A stretch of DNA of 64,000 nucleotides from positions 32,001-96,000 of the forward strand of contig CAXXVO010000018.1 in the NCBI GenBank assembly GCA_963422645.2, given 5' to 3'. Below are positions 19,544 through 30,296 of the stretch, piece after piece. The notes beneath the pieces were generated by a model. The model was not told the origin of the DNA. It searched no databases and was given only the letters and a program-made list of their open reading frames with translations. The stretch comes from Alphaproteobacteria bacterium. GTDB taxonomy: Bacteria; Pseudomonadota; Alphaproteobacteria; UBA828. The first letter of the stretch is position 1. Every line of letters begins with the position of its first letter. The translations under genes and the position numbers were made by a program.

Positions 19544-20417
19544 GCGCGACAGGTCCCGGCTGGCATTTCTGCTCGGACCCGTCAGCCTGTTCCTCGGCAC
19601 ATGTTTCGTCGGCCCGCTCGCGGTGATGATTATCTTCAGTTTTCTGGAGCCCGGGCTCTACGGCGGCGTCGAATGGAACCTTTATCACTGGAATTTCGGA
19701 CGCATTCTCGGCTGGGCCGATGGCGAATGGGAGGATTTCGACTGGGTTTATGCCGAGATCTTTGCGCGTTCGGCCCGGCTCGCCCTGTTCAATGTGCTGA
19801 TCACTCTCGTGATCTGCTACCCCGCGGCGCTCTGGGTGCGCAGCCTGTCGCGGCGGTGGCGTCTGTTTGTCGTGTTCTTGATCACGCTGCCCTTCTTCAT
19901 CAGCCTGGTAATACGACTCTTTGCCTGGGTGCTGATTCTCCGCCCCACCGGGTTTCTCAATTCCAGCCTGCTCGGCCTCGGCCTGATTTCGGAGCCGTTC
20001 GACATCATCTTCACGGAGACAGCCGTGCTCATCGGCATGGCCTACATCTTGCTACCCTTCATGTTCCTGCCGGTCTATGCGTCCGTGGAGAAGCTGGATC
20101 GTTCGCTCGTCGAAGTTTCGTCGGACCTAGGCGCGAGCTCGTTCCAGACCTTCTGTCGAGTGACGGTGCCGCTGACGCTGCCGGGCATCGCGGCCGGTTC
20201 CGTCCTAGTGTTCATCCCCAGCCTCGGCAACTTCATCGTTCCCGACCTGCTGGGCGGCGCCAAGGTCATGATGATCGGCAACCTGATCGAGCAGCAATTC
20301 CTGTCCGCGCGCAACTGGCCCTTCGGTGCGGCGCTGTCGGTCATGATGATGGCCGTCATGTTTCTGCTTATTCTCATCTACTTGCGGCGCATCGGCCGGA
20401 TGCAGACCAGGCCATGA
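19533..20417 (+). CDS. ABC permease (PotB-like)
   Basis: TM helices, LPFMFLPVY...SDLGA, ARNWPFGAALS. Confidence 0.9.
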   Translation: MALRRDRSRLAFLLGPVSLFLGTCFVGPLAVMIIFSFLEPGLYGGVEWNLYHWNFGRILGWADGEWEDFDWVYAEIFARSARLALFNVLITLVICYPAALWVRSLSRRWRLFVVFLITLPFFISLVIRLFAWVLILRPTGFLNSSLLGLGLISEPFDIIFTETAVLIGMAYILLPFMFLPVYASVEKLDRSLVEVSSDLGASSFQTFCRVTVPLTLPGIAAGSVLVFIPSLGNFIVPDLLGGAKVMMIGNLIEQQFLSARNWPFGAALSVMMMAVMFLLILIYLRRIGRMQTRP

Positions 20418-21235
20418 AAGTGCGGCTGAGGCGGCGCCTTTTCAGCACGTATGGCGTGCTCTTCCTGGTGTTCGTTTACGCGCCGATCGTGATGATCGTC
20501 GCGTTCTCGTTCAATTCCAACCCGATCAACATGATGATTTGGTCGGGTTTCACGTTCGACTGGTACTGGACGATTTTCGGCTATCCGACGCAGTTGAACG
20601 AGCAGACGCTCTACGTCGAATCGACCGATCAGCTGCTTGCCGCGGTCAAGAACAGTCTCGTCGTCGCCGCCTTCACCACGTCGATTTCGACGGTGCTGGG
20701 CACCATGACCGCGCTGGCGCTCTATCGCTATCGCTTCCGTGCGCAGCGCTTTTATCAGGGCCTGCTCTACATGCCGATGGTGATGCCCGACATCGTTCTG
20801 GGGATCGCCCTGCTCGTATTCTTCGTCAGTATCGGCATGTCGCTCGGGCTGGTTTCGATCATCATCGGGCACTGCACCTTCCTGATCTCCTACGTCTTCG
20901 TCGTCGTCAGCGCCCGGCTTGCCGGCATGGACAACACGCTGGAGGAAGCGTCCGCGGACCTCGGCGCCAGCGAATGGGTCACCTTCCGCCGCGTCACACT
21001 GCCGCATATCCTGCCGGGCGTGGTCGGCGGTGCGTTGCTCGCCTTCATCATCTCCATGGACGATCTGGTGATCACCTACTTCATCGCCGGTGTGGATTCG
21101 ACCACGTTGCCCCTCTTTATCTACGGTATGCTGCGGCGCGGGGTGAAACCGCAGATCAATGCCATTGCAACACTGATGCTGTTGTTTACCTTCATTATCG
21201 CCTCGCTCGGCCTCTACCTGCGTCGGCGAAGCTGA
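20414..21235 (+). CDS. ABC permease (PotC-like)
   Basis: ATGA overlap; EEASADLGA EAA loop; ISMDD, TTLPLFIY, PQINAIAT. Confidence 0.9.
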   Translation: MKVRLRRRLFSTYGVLFLVFVYAPIVMIVAFSFNSNPINMMIWSGFTFDWYWTIFGYPTQLNEQTLYVESTDQLLAAVKNSLVVAAFTTSISTVLGTMTALALYRYRFRAQRFYQGLLYMPMVMPDIVLGIALLVFFVSIGMSLGLVSIIIGHCTFLISYVFVVVSARLAGMDNTLEEASADLGASEWVTFRRVTLPHILPGVVGGALLAFIISMDDLVITYFIAGVDSTTLPLFIYGMLRRGVKPQINAIATLMLLFTFIIASLGLYLRRRS

Positions 21236-21248
21236 AGGGGTGATCGAC

Positions 21249-22334
21249 ATGCCCAAGCCGCGCGGGCGCGATCTTGGCCTGCCCTTCCCCGGAGAGACCG
21301 GCCGCTACAACGCGATCACGGACGTTCCCGGCGTCGAGGTCGGTTTCACCACGAGGATCGAGGGCGAGGGACCGCTGATCAAAGGACAGGGCCCGGTCCG
21401 CACCGGCGTGACCGCCATCCTGCCCCTCGGCCGGCAGTCCACGCCCGAGCCGGTCTGGGCCGGCATGTACGCTCTCAACGGCAACGGCGAGATGACCGGA
21501 ACCCACTGGATCCGCGATGGCGGCTATCTCGTCGGTCCGGTCTGCATCACCAACACCCACAGTGTCGGGATCGTCCATCACGCGGCAACGAGATGGATGA
21601 TCCGGACCTATGCCGAGGCCTGGCGGAACGAGCACCTCTGGGCCATGCCCGTCGTTGCCGAGACCTATGACGGCGTCCTGAACGACATCAACGGCCAGCA
21701 TGTCACCGAAGCGGACGCCCTCGCGGCACTCGACAGCGCGACCTCCGGCGCCGTGCCTGAGGGCAATGTGGGCGGCGGCACCGGCATGATCTGCTACGAA
21801 TTCAAGGGTGGCACCGGCACGGCCTCACGGCGGCTCGAGATCGACGACACGGCGTTCCATGTTGGCGCCCTGGTGCAGGCCAATCACGGCATCAGGCCCT
21901 GGTTCACGGTGCTCGGCCGCCGGCTTGGCCCGCGCATGCCGGAAGGCCGCCTGCTCGACAAGGAGCAGGGCTCGATCATTGCGATTCTCGCGACCGACCT
22001 GCCCCTGGCACCGCACCAGCTCACGCGGCTGGCGAAGCGTGCGGCGATCGCTATCGGACGCGGCGGGACACCAGGCGGCAACAACTCGGGCGACATCTTT
22101 CTCGCGTTCAGCACGGCGAACCGCGGCCCGCTGCCTCAGCTTGCCGCCTTGCGGCGCGACTTCGTCATGATCAACGACGAAGCCTTCGATCCAATCTATC
22201 TCGCGGCCGTCGAGGCCATCGAGGAGGCTGTGGTGAACGCCATGCTCGCAGCCGACGACATGACCACGGTGCGCCCCGCCGGCCACGTCTGCCGCGCCCT
22301 CGACGGACACCGGCTGATGGCGCTCATGGCGTAG
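21249..22334 (+). CDS. DmpA/P1-family (S58) aminopeptidase
   Basis: NAITDVPGV, RTGVTAILP, NGNGEMTG, PVVAETYDG, EGNVGGGTGM, G/SII autoproteolysis site. Confidence 0.9.
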   Translation: MPKPRGRDLGLPFPGETGRYNAITDVPGVEVGFTTRIEGEGPLIKGQGPVRTGVTAILPLGRQSTPEPVWAGMYALNGNGEMTGTHWIRDGGYLVGPVCITNTHSVGIVHHAATRWMIRTYAEAWRNEHLWAMPVVAETYDGVLNDINGQHVTEADALAALDSATSGAVPEGNVGGGTGMICYEFKGGTGTASRRLEIDDTAFHVGALVQANHGIRPWFTVLGRRLGPRMPEGRLLDKEQGSIIAILATDLPLAPHQLTRLAKRAAIAIGRGGTPGGNNSGDIFLAFSTANRGPLPQLAALRRDFVMINDEAFDPIYLAAVEAIEEAVVNAMLAADDMTTVRPAGHVCRALDGHRLMALMA

Positions 22335-22366
22335 GCCGACCCGTCGCGTCGGCAGCTGAGCGTCCC

Positions 22367-23809
22367 CTACTGAATCAGTTCCGGGATTCGAGACGCGCGC
22401 GGCGCCCGCGCGACGGCGGGGCGCTCGCAGGCTTGAAACTCTCCGTGCCCGGCCTCTGCGCAGAGCGCGCCATCGCGCCACACCGGCCGACCGCGCGACA
22501 GCGTGATGCCAGGCCAAGCCCCGAGAGTCATCCCTTCGTAAGGCGTGTAGTCGCAGTCATGGTGCAGCCGATCGTTGGTGACGGTGACGGGCGTATCGGT
22601 GTCCCAGATCACCAGGTCGGCGTCGGCGCCGATCGCGATCGCGCCCTTGCGCGGGTAGAGCCCGTATAGCTTGGCGACGTTCGTCGACGTCATCCGGACG
22701 AACTGGTTGACGTCGATCCGGCCCTTGAGCACGCCCTCGGAGAACAGCAGCGGCATCCGCGTCTCCACGCCGGGGACGCCGTTCGGCACCTTGTGAAAGC
22801 CTGCGCTCGTTCCGGCGATCTGCTTGCCCTTGGGGTCCGCGTACCGGAAGGGCGAGTGATCAGAGGAGACGATGTCGAAGACGCCGCGTGCGAGCGCAGC
22901 CCAGATCGCCTCCTGGTCGTCGGCGCCGCGGGGCGGCGGCGTGCAGATGAACTTCGCCCCCTCGAAGCCCTCGACGTCGTAGGCATCCTCGGTCAGCAGC
23001 AGATACTGGGGGCAGGTCTCGGCATGGATCGCGAGGCCTCTGGCACGGGCCCAGTCGATCTGCTCCACTACCTCGCGCGCGGACACGTGCACGAGGACGA
23101 TGGGCACGCCCACGAGCTCGGACATGGACATGGCGCGGTGCGTGGCCTCGCGCTCGCCGATCACGGGATGCGCCTTGGTGTGGTACTTGGGCGCGGTGAG
23201 GCCCTTGTCCACCAGCCGCTCGGTCAACCACTCGATGAACTCGCTATTCTCGGCGTGCACCATGCTGATCGCCTGCTCCCGACGCATCGCGGTCAGCACG
23301 TCGAGCACCTGGCGGTCGGTGAGCTGCAGGCCTTCGTAGGTCATGTAGAGCTTGTAGGAGGTGTAGCCCTCACGTACGAGCGAGGGCAGCTCCTGGTTCA
23401 GCACCTGCGCGGTGGGATCGGTGATAATGGCGTGGAAAGCGTAGTCGATGAAGCAGCGCCCCTCGGCGCTCTCGCGGTAATCGGCGAGCACCCGGCTAAG
23501 CGATGCGCCGTGGTCCTGAAAGGCGAAGGGGATGATGGTCGTCGTGCCGCCGCAGGCGGCCGAACGCGAGCCGGTATAGAAGTTGTCGGCGATCTCGGCC
23601 CCGTCGGGCAGGCGCTGCTCCAGATGGATGTGCCCGTCGATACCGCCCGGGGTGATCGTCCGGCCCGCGGCGTCGATCTCCTCGCGTCCCCGGCCGAGGG
23701 AAGCGGCGATGGCCTCGATCCTCCCGGATTGGATGCCGATGTCGCCGTTGAAGACGTCCGCCGCTGTCGCGATCGTCCCGTTGCGGATCACCAGATCGAA
23801 GTCGGTCAC
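22367..23809 (-). CDS. hydA: Dihydropyrimidinase / D-hydantoinase
   Basis: PGGIDGHIH, GGTTT, SYKLYMTY, VHAEN, ETCPQY, SSDHSPF, PNGVPGVETR; GTG start at 23809. Confidence 0.88.
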   Translation of the reverse strand: MTDFDLVIRNGTIATAADVFNGDIGIQSGRIEAIAASLGRGREEIDAAGRTITPGGIDGHIHLEQRLPDGAEIADNFYTGSRSAACGGTTTIIPFAFQDHGASLSRVLADYRESAEGRCFIDYAFHAIITDPTAQVLNQELPSLVREGYTSYKLYMTYEGLQLTDRQVLDVLTAMRREQAISMVHAENSEFIEWLTERLVDKGLTAPKYHTKAHPVIGEREATHRAMSMSELVGVPIVLVHVSAREVVEQIDWARARGLAIHAETCPQYLLLTEDAYDVEGFEGAKFICTPPPRGADDQEAIWAALARGVFDIVSSDHSPFRYADPKGKQIAGTSAGFHKVPNGVPGVETRMPLLFSEGVLKGRIDVNQFVRMTSTNVAKLYGLYPRKGAIAIGADADLVIWDTDTPVTVTNDRLHHDCDYTPYEGMTLGAWPGITLSRGRPVWRDGALCAEAGHGEFQACERPAVARAPRASRIPELIQ

Positions 23810-23867
23810 AATGCCCTCACCCTGTTTTCTTGCCGCCGTCGATGGTTCGGCGCGCGCCGCGATTGCA

Positions 23868-24740
23868 TCAACCGTGAGCGACCACGCGCCCCGCCTGCGG
23901 CGTCCACTGCAGCAGTCGTCTCGATAGCCGATCGAAGATGGCATAGCTGATCGAGGCGTAGAACACGAAGATCAGCGCCACCACGAACATCCTGTCCAAG
24001 TAGGCGAACTGTTCGGAGTAAATGATCATGTAGCCGAGCCCGGATTGGGCGCCCAGATACTCTGCACCGAGCACCGCGGCCCAGCCGATGCCGAGGCTGA
24101 GCAGGATGGTTCCCCGCATCTCGGGAAAGATCGCCGGCAAGACGACAGTGCGGTAGATCTGCAGGCGCGAGGCGCCGAGCGTGCGGGCGTTGTCGATGTA
24201 GATCTGCGGGACGTTCTTCACCGCATTCACCACGCCGGCGAAGAAGATGACTCCGACGCCGTAGCCCACGAAGGCGATTTTGCCGACGAAGTCGATGCCG
24301 AACCAGAGCTGGAACATCGGCACCATGGCGAGCAGCGGCAGGGTGCGGAGGAGCTGAACCGGCAGGTCGACGATCCGGCGGGTCCACCGCGACCACGACA
24401 CCGCGAGGCCGAGAAGGGAGCCCACGACGCCGCCCATGGCGAGCCCGACGTAGAGCCGCACGATTGTGTCCGCCGAGTGGTCCAGGATGGACAGAAGCGC
24501 GGCGAGGTAGCTCTGCGGTGCGCCCTCGGCGACCGAAGGAACGCCCAAACCGCCCCGCCAATAGTCCGAGAGCGACAGCAGGGTGCGGCTGAACACGATC
24601 TGCCACCCCGGCACCATGGGCTCGCCAGGCACCGCCTCTGCCGTGTAGATCGTCGACAGGATTTGCCAGAGTCCGGCCATCGCGAGCAGGGCCAGGATCG
24701 AGACCCGGCGGCGGCGGAATTGCGCGATCAGCCACTTCAT
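23868..24740 (-). CDS. NitT/TauT-family ABC permease
   Basis: DNARTLGAS loop, GAEYLGAQSGLGY. Confidence 0.88.
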   Translation of the reverse strand: MKWLIAQFRRRRVSILALLAMAGLWQILSTIYTAEAVPGEPMVPGWQIVFSRTLLSLSDYWRGGLGVPSVAEGAPQSYLAALLSILDHSADTIVRLYVGLAMGGVVGSLLGLAVSWSRWTRRIVDLPVQLLRTLPLLAMVPMFQLWFGIDFVGKIAFVGYGVGVIFFAGVVNAVKNVPQIYIDNARTLGASRLQIYRTVVLPAIFPEMRGTILLSLGIGWAAVLGAEYLGAQSGLGYMIIYSEQFAYLDRMFVVALIFVFYASISYAIFDRLSRRLLQWTPQAGRVVAHG

Positions 24741-24743
24741 GGG

Positions 24744-25568
24744 TCAGCCTGCGCTCGCCGGCGCGGCGGCGGCGCCTTTCGAGTCTTCCAGTCCGAGGTG
24801 CGCAAGCAGGACATGCTTGTGCTGCACCATGGTGGGCTCCATGAGCCCGTCGGTGGTGCGCGGTCGCGGCGCTTCGACGGCGAGATCGTCGACAATCCGG
24901 CCGCTGTGCATCACCAGGATCCGGTCTGCCAGGATCAACGCCTCGTCCACGTCGTGGGTCACGAAGACGACGGTGCGCCGTTCGTTCGTCCCCGCCTCGG
25001 TCCACAGCGCGAGCAGCACATCGTGCAGGTTGCGTTTGGTGACGTAGTCGACGGCGCCGAAGGGCTCGTCGAGAAGCAGCACGTTCGCGCCGTTGGCGAA
25101 TACGGTGGCGACGGCGACGCGCTTCAGCATGCCGCCCGAGAGCTCGCGCGGCCACGCCCTCGCCACGTGCGAGAGGCCCACGCGCTCCAGGTAGAACTCT
25201 GCGCTCTTGCGCCGCTCGGCCCTGCCGACCCCCCGGCACTTCAGTCCGTACTCGACGTTGTCGATCACGCGCAGCCAGGGAAAGACGCTGTCCTGCTGGA
25301 ACACCATGCCGCGTTCCGGGCCGGGCCGGGTGACGCTCTCCCCTTCCACCTCAAGCGTACCGAACGACGGAAGCATGAGCCCGGCGGTGAGCTTGAGCAG
25401 CGTCGACTTGCCGCAACCGGACGGCCCGACCAGGCAAACGAACTGTCCCCGGTCGATCCGGAACGACACGTCGTCGAGCGCCGTCACCGTCTGCCGGTCC
25501 GCGCGCCGGAAGGTCCTGGACAGGCTACTTGCCACGATGACGCCCCGGCCCTCTGCCCTTCCCGCCAA
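24744..25568 (-). CDS. NitT/TauT-family ABC ATP-binding protein (start uncertain)
   Basis: VGPSGCGKST, VFQQDSVFPW, LSGGMLKR, LLDEPFG, VTHDVDEA. Confidence 0.88.
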   Translation of the reverse strand: MAGRAEGRGVIVASSLSRTFRRADRQTVTALDDVSFRIDRGQFVCLVGPSGCGKSTLLKLTAGLMLPSFGTLEVEGESVTRPGPERGMVFQQDSVFPWLRVIDNVEYGLKCRGVGRAERRKSAEFYLERVGLSHVARAWPRELSGGMLKRVAVATVFANGANVLLLDEPFGAVDYVTKRNLHDVLLALWTEAGTNERRTVVFVTHDVDEALILADRILVMHSGRIVDDLAVEAPRPRTTDGLMEPTMVQHKHVLLAHLGLEDSKGAAAAPASAG

Positions 25569-25572
25569 TGCA

Positions 25573-26403
25573 TCACCCTCCGCCGGTTCGGGCCTCGACG
25601 CTCCACGCCGAGATGTAGGAGAAGAATCGGGCGGTGAAGGCATCGAAGACAACCGCCAGAATGCCGAGCACGAGAAGAGCCGCGAAGATGCCTTCCATAT
25701 CGATCGAGCCCGCGAGGACCTGGACGATCTTTCCGATGCCCTGCTGCGCGCCGAGCAGCTCGGCGATGGCTTCCAGACCCCAGGCCCCGGCAAGCGCGAT
25801 CCGGATGCCGCCGAGGATCTGCGGTACGGTGCCCCTAATGAGAACGTCCCAGATGACGCGCCTGCGGCTCGCGCCGAGCGTGTAGGCGGCGTCCTCGAAA
25901 ACGGGATCCAGCGTGCTGGCTGCGCGCTGGGCATAGATGTAGAGGATGACGGCGACGTAGATGGACACCAGCAGCACGGCGCTGATCCTGCCGGTGCCGA
26001 ACCAGATCAGGAAGAAGGGCGCCAGGACGAGGATGGGGATTGTCCCCAGCACCAAGAGCACCGGATCGATGACGGAGCGGATGAGATCGAAGCGCGCCGT
26101 CACCAAGCCGCAGACGGTCCCGACAGTGGCCCCGAGGACGACCGCGATCAGGACATTCCCGGTCGTGTAGAGCATGCTGTCGAGAAGGCCCGTTTCGGGC
26201 AGCCCGTAGAAGAGCAGATAGTCCGCGACGACAAAGTCCTCGGCGATGCGCACCGCCACATGCGCCGGATGCGGCAGCGAGATGAGCGGGAGGGCCAGCG
26301 TCAGCAACTGCCAGACGGCCACCAGGAGCACGAGGCCGATCAGGCCCAGGACGTCAAATCGTCTCGCCATCAGCGCGAGAATACCGGCTGCACGATGCCC
26401 CAC
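25573..26403 (-). CDS. NitT/TauT-family ABC permease
   Basis: EDAAYTLGAS, AELLGAQQGIG, hydrophobic helices. Confidence 0.85.
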   Translation of the reverse strand: MGHRAAGILALMARRFDVLGLIGLVLLVAVWQLLTLALPLISLPHPAHVAVRIAEDFVVADYLLFYGLPETGLLDSMLYTTGNVLIAVVLGATVGTVCGLVTARFDLIRSVIDPVLLVLGTIPILVLAPFFLIWFGTGRISAVLLVSIYVAVILYIYAQRAASTLDPVFEDAAYTLGASRRRVIWDVLIRGTVPQILGGIRIALAGAWGLEAIAELLGAQQGIGKIVQVLAGSIDMEGIFAALLVLGILAVVFDAFTARFFSYISAWSVEARTGGG

Positions 26404-26533
26404 TTTGGCGCGTATGCCGCCCGCCTGGCAGCGGACGGCGCAACCGGCGCGCCGGTCATATCTGACGCCGCGCGCCGGCCGGCCCTATTCGCCTTCCTGA
26501 ACCCTTCGTCAGGCGAGGGACGAACGCCCGAGC

Positions 26534-27859
26534 CTATGACGATGCGGCAGTAGCCATGCGATAGGCATCCAGGAAGTTGAACCACTCGAAGTACTGCTTC
26601 GCGCGGTCGAGCAACCCTTGCTTGTCGGCATCGAGGGACTGGCCTTCGAGATCCGCGATCATCGCCGCCGACTTCGCCTGGTAGTCCTTCATCTGCTCCC
26701 AGATTGCAGCCCCCAAGACGAACGTTTCGGCCGTGACCGCATCGGCAGGCAGCAGACCCTTCTCGGCCCAGTCCGCTATGATCGCGGGCCACGCGTTCAA
26801 GTAGTAGAGCAGGCTCGACTCGTCACGGTAGTACTTCTCGTTGTACTCGAACGACGAGTAAGGATGCAGGATGGCGACCGTCTCCTCCACCCCCTTGGCA
26901 TCCAGGTCGGTTCCCGCGACGCTGTTCAGATAGGGCGCCTGGAGCTCGTAGAGCGAGGGATCCTCGTCGACAGCGGCGAGCGTGCGCCACGCCACGGAGA
27001 GAAAGCGCAGGATCGTGTTCTGGTTCTCGTTGATGTAGTTCGAGTTCGACGCGATACCGACGAAGGTCACCAGCTTCTGCATCGGCGAATCCAAGCCGCC
27101 GGGCCCGTAGTTGTAGAGATCGCCGACATCGATGAGGTTGGTCCATCCCGCCTTCATCAGGGTGTAGACGATCGGCGCGCCTTCGGGATTGACGAAGTCG
27201 ATGCGGCCGGCCTTGGCCAGCACGAGCGACTTGGCATCGTCCATCAGGTCGAGGTCCCAGGTCGCGCCCGAGAAAGCGGATACGGCCTCCTCGAAGGGCC
27301 GCTTGCTCAGTACCGGCGATCCGACGAGGGTCTTGCCGTTCATCGGTGCCAACGCGGCGGTGATGGCCTCCTCGAAGCCTATGCCCTCGGCGATGTAGTC
27401 CTTGAAGCTCTTCAGCCCGAGTTCCGGGTTGGCCAGGAGCGCGGTGCCGAGGAAGTTGTCGGTGAACGCGACGCACTTCAGCGTGTTCGCGCTTTTGTAG
27501 GTCGGCAGCATCAACGGGCAGTACTGACTCGAAATGTCGAGCTGGCCGTTGAGGAGCAGCGCGTTGACGTTGGTGTCGGTGACCTTCAGGCCGAGCTCTT
27601 CCGGCCCGATCGTGATGCCGGCGTCCGCGAACCAACCCTTCTTCATGGCGATGACGTAGAAGGTGTTGTCGGCATAGGGACGCATGCCGAAGTTGACCTC
27701 CGCCGTCGGAATGTCGGTTCCGGGTTCGGGTGGGGCCGGCGTATAGACGTCGGCCGCAGTCGCGGATGGCGACCCGGTCGTAAGCAATAGCGCCAATGCG
27801 CCGGCGAATGCCGCAGCGACGCCTGCGGAGCGTTTTGTATGTCTCAATTGTTGGATCAT
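26534..27859 (-). CDS. ABC substrate-binding protein (NitT/TauT-like, unusually long)
   Basis: Signal peptide, IAMKKGWFADAGI, ALLLNGQLDI; first gene of the operon; RBS GGGGAG. Confidence 0.75.
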   Translation of the reverse strand: MIQQLRHTKRSAGVAAAFAGALALLLTTGSPSATAADVYTPAPPEPGTDIPTAEVNFGMRPYADNTFYVIAMKKGWFADAGITIGPEELGLKVTDTNVNALLLNGQLDISSQYCPLMLPTYKSANTLKCVAFTDNFLGTALLANPELGLKSFKDYIAEGIGFEEAITAALAPMNGKTLVGSPVLSKRPFEEAVSAFSGATWDLDLMDDAKSLVLAKAGRIDFVNPEGAPIVYTLMKAGWTNLIDVGDLYNYGPGGLDSPMQKLVTFVGIASNSNYINENQNTILRFLSVAWRTLAAVDEDPSLYELQAPYLNSVAGTDLDAKGVEETVAILHPYSSFEYNEKYYRDESSLLYYLNAWPAIIADWAEKGLLPADAVTAETFVLGAAIWEQMKDYQAKSAAMIADLEGQSLDADKQGLLDRAKQYFEWFNFLDAYRMATAASS

Positions 27860-28092
27860 TTCTCCCCCTCCCCTGGGTGACGAGTCGATGGCGTCCGTAA
27901 CGGGTCGGGTGTTCTCGGCCCGCTTCGCAGCAAGGCATCGAATATTATTCGTAACTACCCAGGTACCCCAATCCTGAGTTGAGGACGGTGATTATGGCGG
28001 CGGCCGCGGCCTGGTTCTGCCACCGCGATTGGTTCTTGACCTCATAGAGTTGCGGGACTATGGACTGCTCTCTCGCGTGACGGGAGCGGTCC

Positions 28093-28758
28093 ATGGGGTA
28101 TTTCGGCTCGAAGGCGACAGCAGGTCTGTGCCAAGCGCTGATTGCGCTGATGCCGCCGCACTCCGTCTACATCGAAAGCCACCTTGGGGGCGGGGCGCTG
28201 ACGAAGCGCAAGCCGCCGGCCGTGCGTTCGATCGGCATCGACCGCGATGCGCAGGCGCTCGAGGCCTTCGTCTGCGACTACCCGGTCGATCTGGTTCACG
28301 GCTGTGCCCATGACTTCCTGGCCTCGTTCCCGTTCCTGGGCCCGGAGCTGGTTTACAGCGATCCGCCCTATCTGCACGCGACCCGCCGCTCGGCGCAGCG
28401 CTACCGCTTCGAGTACGAGGAGGCCGGCCACGTCGCGCTTCTCGCGCTGCTCAAGGCTCTGCCCTGCCAGGTCATGATCTCGGGCCATCCGTCGGCGCTC
28501 TATGACGAGGTGCTGGCGGGATGGCGCCGGCTGGCGCTGCAGGTCACGACCCAGGGTCTGGTGCGAACCGAGGTCGTCTGGTTCAACTACGCCCCCGACC
28601 GGATGCATTGGGCCAGCCACGCAGGCCGGAACTTCACCGACCGCCAGCGCATCAAGCGCAAGGCAGCCAACTGGGGCCGGCGCTACCAGGCCTTGCCGCC
28701 GGGCGAACGCCTCGCCGTGCTCGCCGCCATGATGGCCGTCGAGGCCGAAGACACGTGA
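28093..28758 (+). CDS. Dam/D12-like N6-adenine DNA methyltransferase (IS66 passenger)
   Basis: GYFGSK, YIESHLGGGA (motif I), LVYSDPPY (motif IV), VMISG, RTEVVWFNY; 221 aa. Confidence 0.85.
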   Translation: MGYFGSKATAGLCQALIALMPPHSVYIESHLGGGALTKRKPPAVRSIGIDRDAQALEAFVCDYPVDLVHGCAHDFLASFPFLGPELVYSDPPYLHATRRSAQRYRFEYEEAGHVALLALLKALPCQVMISGHPSALYDEVLAGWRRLALQVTTQGLVRTEVVWFNYAPDRMHWASHAGRNFTDRQRIKRKAANWGRRYQALPPGERLAVLAAMMAVEAEDT

Positions 28759-30296
28759 CGGTGTCGCACTGGCACGAAGACCTCGCCGCCCGTAACGAGG
28801 CCTTCTGCTGCCTGAAGGAGCTTCTCGAGCCATCATCCCTCGCAACCACTGTCGTCGTTGCCGTCCGGGAATGGGGGCAGGGGCTGCTGCGATCAGCCAC
28901 CGCGCTCGCCCGGGAAAATGCCGCACTCGAGCAGGAGAACGCGGCCCTGCGCGAGCGCATCGCCGAACTCGAGCGCAGCGCGGCCCTCAACAGCACCACA
29001 AGCAGCAAGCCCCCCGCCAGCGACGGGCTCAAGAAGAAAAGCGGAGCCCAGAGGCGCACCCAAAGCCAGCGCGGAAAGTCCGGCGGGCCCAGTGGCGGCC
29101 AGCCCGGCCACAAGGGAACCACCCTCGCGCGGAGCGACAGCCCGGACCGTGTCGTCGATCACCACCCCTCCACCTGTTCCGGCTGTGGCGTCGAGCTCTC
29201 GGACGCCGACCGGCAAGGCGCGCCCGCCTGTCGGCAGGTCTTCGACGTACCCGAGCCGCAGCCTCTCGAGGTCACCGAACACCGCGCCCATCGCTGCCTC
29301 TGCGGCGCATGCGGCACGCTGACACGAGCCGCCTTCCCGCCGGGCGTCACCGCCCCGGTCCAGTACGGCCCTCGCATCACCGCTTGGGTGAGTTACCTGC
29401 TGTACGCCCAGTTCGTGCCCGAGAAGCGTCTGGCCGAACTCATGAGCGACATCTTCGCGGTGTCCATCTCCACTGCCACGATCGCCGCCATGGGCCGGCG
29501 CACAGCGCAGCGCTTCGAGGGCTTCCTCGACCATGTCGCCGATCTGATCCGCACGCAGGCGCCGGTCAAGCACCTCGACGAGACCGGCCTGCGTATCGCC
29601 GCCCGTACCCGCTGGCTCCATGTGCTGTGCACCCCGTTGCTCACCGTCCTGCGCATCGGCGAGGGACGCGGCGATGTCGAAAAGAACCTGAAAGGCATCC
29701 TCGTCCACGACGACTTCGCCCCCTACTTCACCATCAAGGGCGTCCGCCACGGCGCCTGCAACGCACATCACCTGCGCGAACTCCAGGCCCTGATCGACAT
29801 CGAGAAGGAGGAATGGGCGGCGAGCATGCACCGCCTGCTTCAGCGCGCTCAGCGCAGGGCCGCCCGCTTCGCCCGTGAGAAAGACCGTCAAGTCCCCGCC
29901 TCCCTGGTGGCCCGCATCTCAAGGGCATGGGACCGTATCCTCGAAGAAGCCATCGCCTTCCATGAGGCCCAACCGCCGCTCCAGATCGCAAAGCGAGGGC
30001 GAAAGAAACGCCGCATCGGCCACAACCTCGCGCGCCGCCTTCAAAAGCATAAGGAGGGCTGCCTGCGCTTCCTCACCGACCTGCGCACGCCGTTCACGAA
30101 TAACGAGGCGGAGCGTGACATCCGTATGAACAAAGTGCATGAGAAGATCTCAGGCGGCTTCCGCTCCCTGCAAGGCGCCTGCAACTTCGCCGGAATGCGC
30201 AGCGTCATCGTCACCGCTCGAAAGCAAGGCTGGAACATCCTGCAAATCCTGGCGCACCCGGAACCGATGCAGCTGATCCCTATACTGCGCTCCTGA
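28755..30296 (+). CDS. IS66-family transposase TnpC (variant C)
   Basis: GTG start overlapping the MTase stop; same motif set as 12775-14316. Confidence 0.95.
   Translation: MTVSHWHEDLAARNEAFCCLKELLEPSSLATTVVVAVREWGQGLLRSATALARENAALEQENAALRERIAELERSAALNSTTSSKPPASDGLKKKSGAQRRTQSQRGKSGGPSGGQPGHKGTTLARSDSPDRVVDHHPSTCSGCGVELSDADRQGAPACRQVFDVPEPQPLEVTEHRAHRCLCGACGTLTRAAFPPGVTAPVQYGPRITAWVSYLLYAQFVPEKRLAELMSDIFAVSISTATIAAMGRRTAQRFEGFLDHVADLIRTQAPVKHLDETGLRIAARTRWLHVLCTPLLTVLRIGEGRGDVEKNLKGILVHDDFAPYFTIKGVRHGACNAHHLRELQALIDIEKEEWAASMHRLLQRAQRRAARFAREKDRQVPASLVARISRAWDRILEEAIAFHEAQPPLQIAKRGRKKRRIGHNLARRLQKHKEGCLRFLTDLRTPFTNNEAERDIRMNKVHEKISGGFRSLQGACNFAGMRSVIVTARKQGWNILQILAHPEPMQLIPILRS

Noticed and set aside
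28521-28754. 591-aa N-terminally extended IS66 transposase in the ORF track
   Set aside because: The extension overlaps the MTase out of frame; variant B shows the true start is the GTG at 28755.
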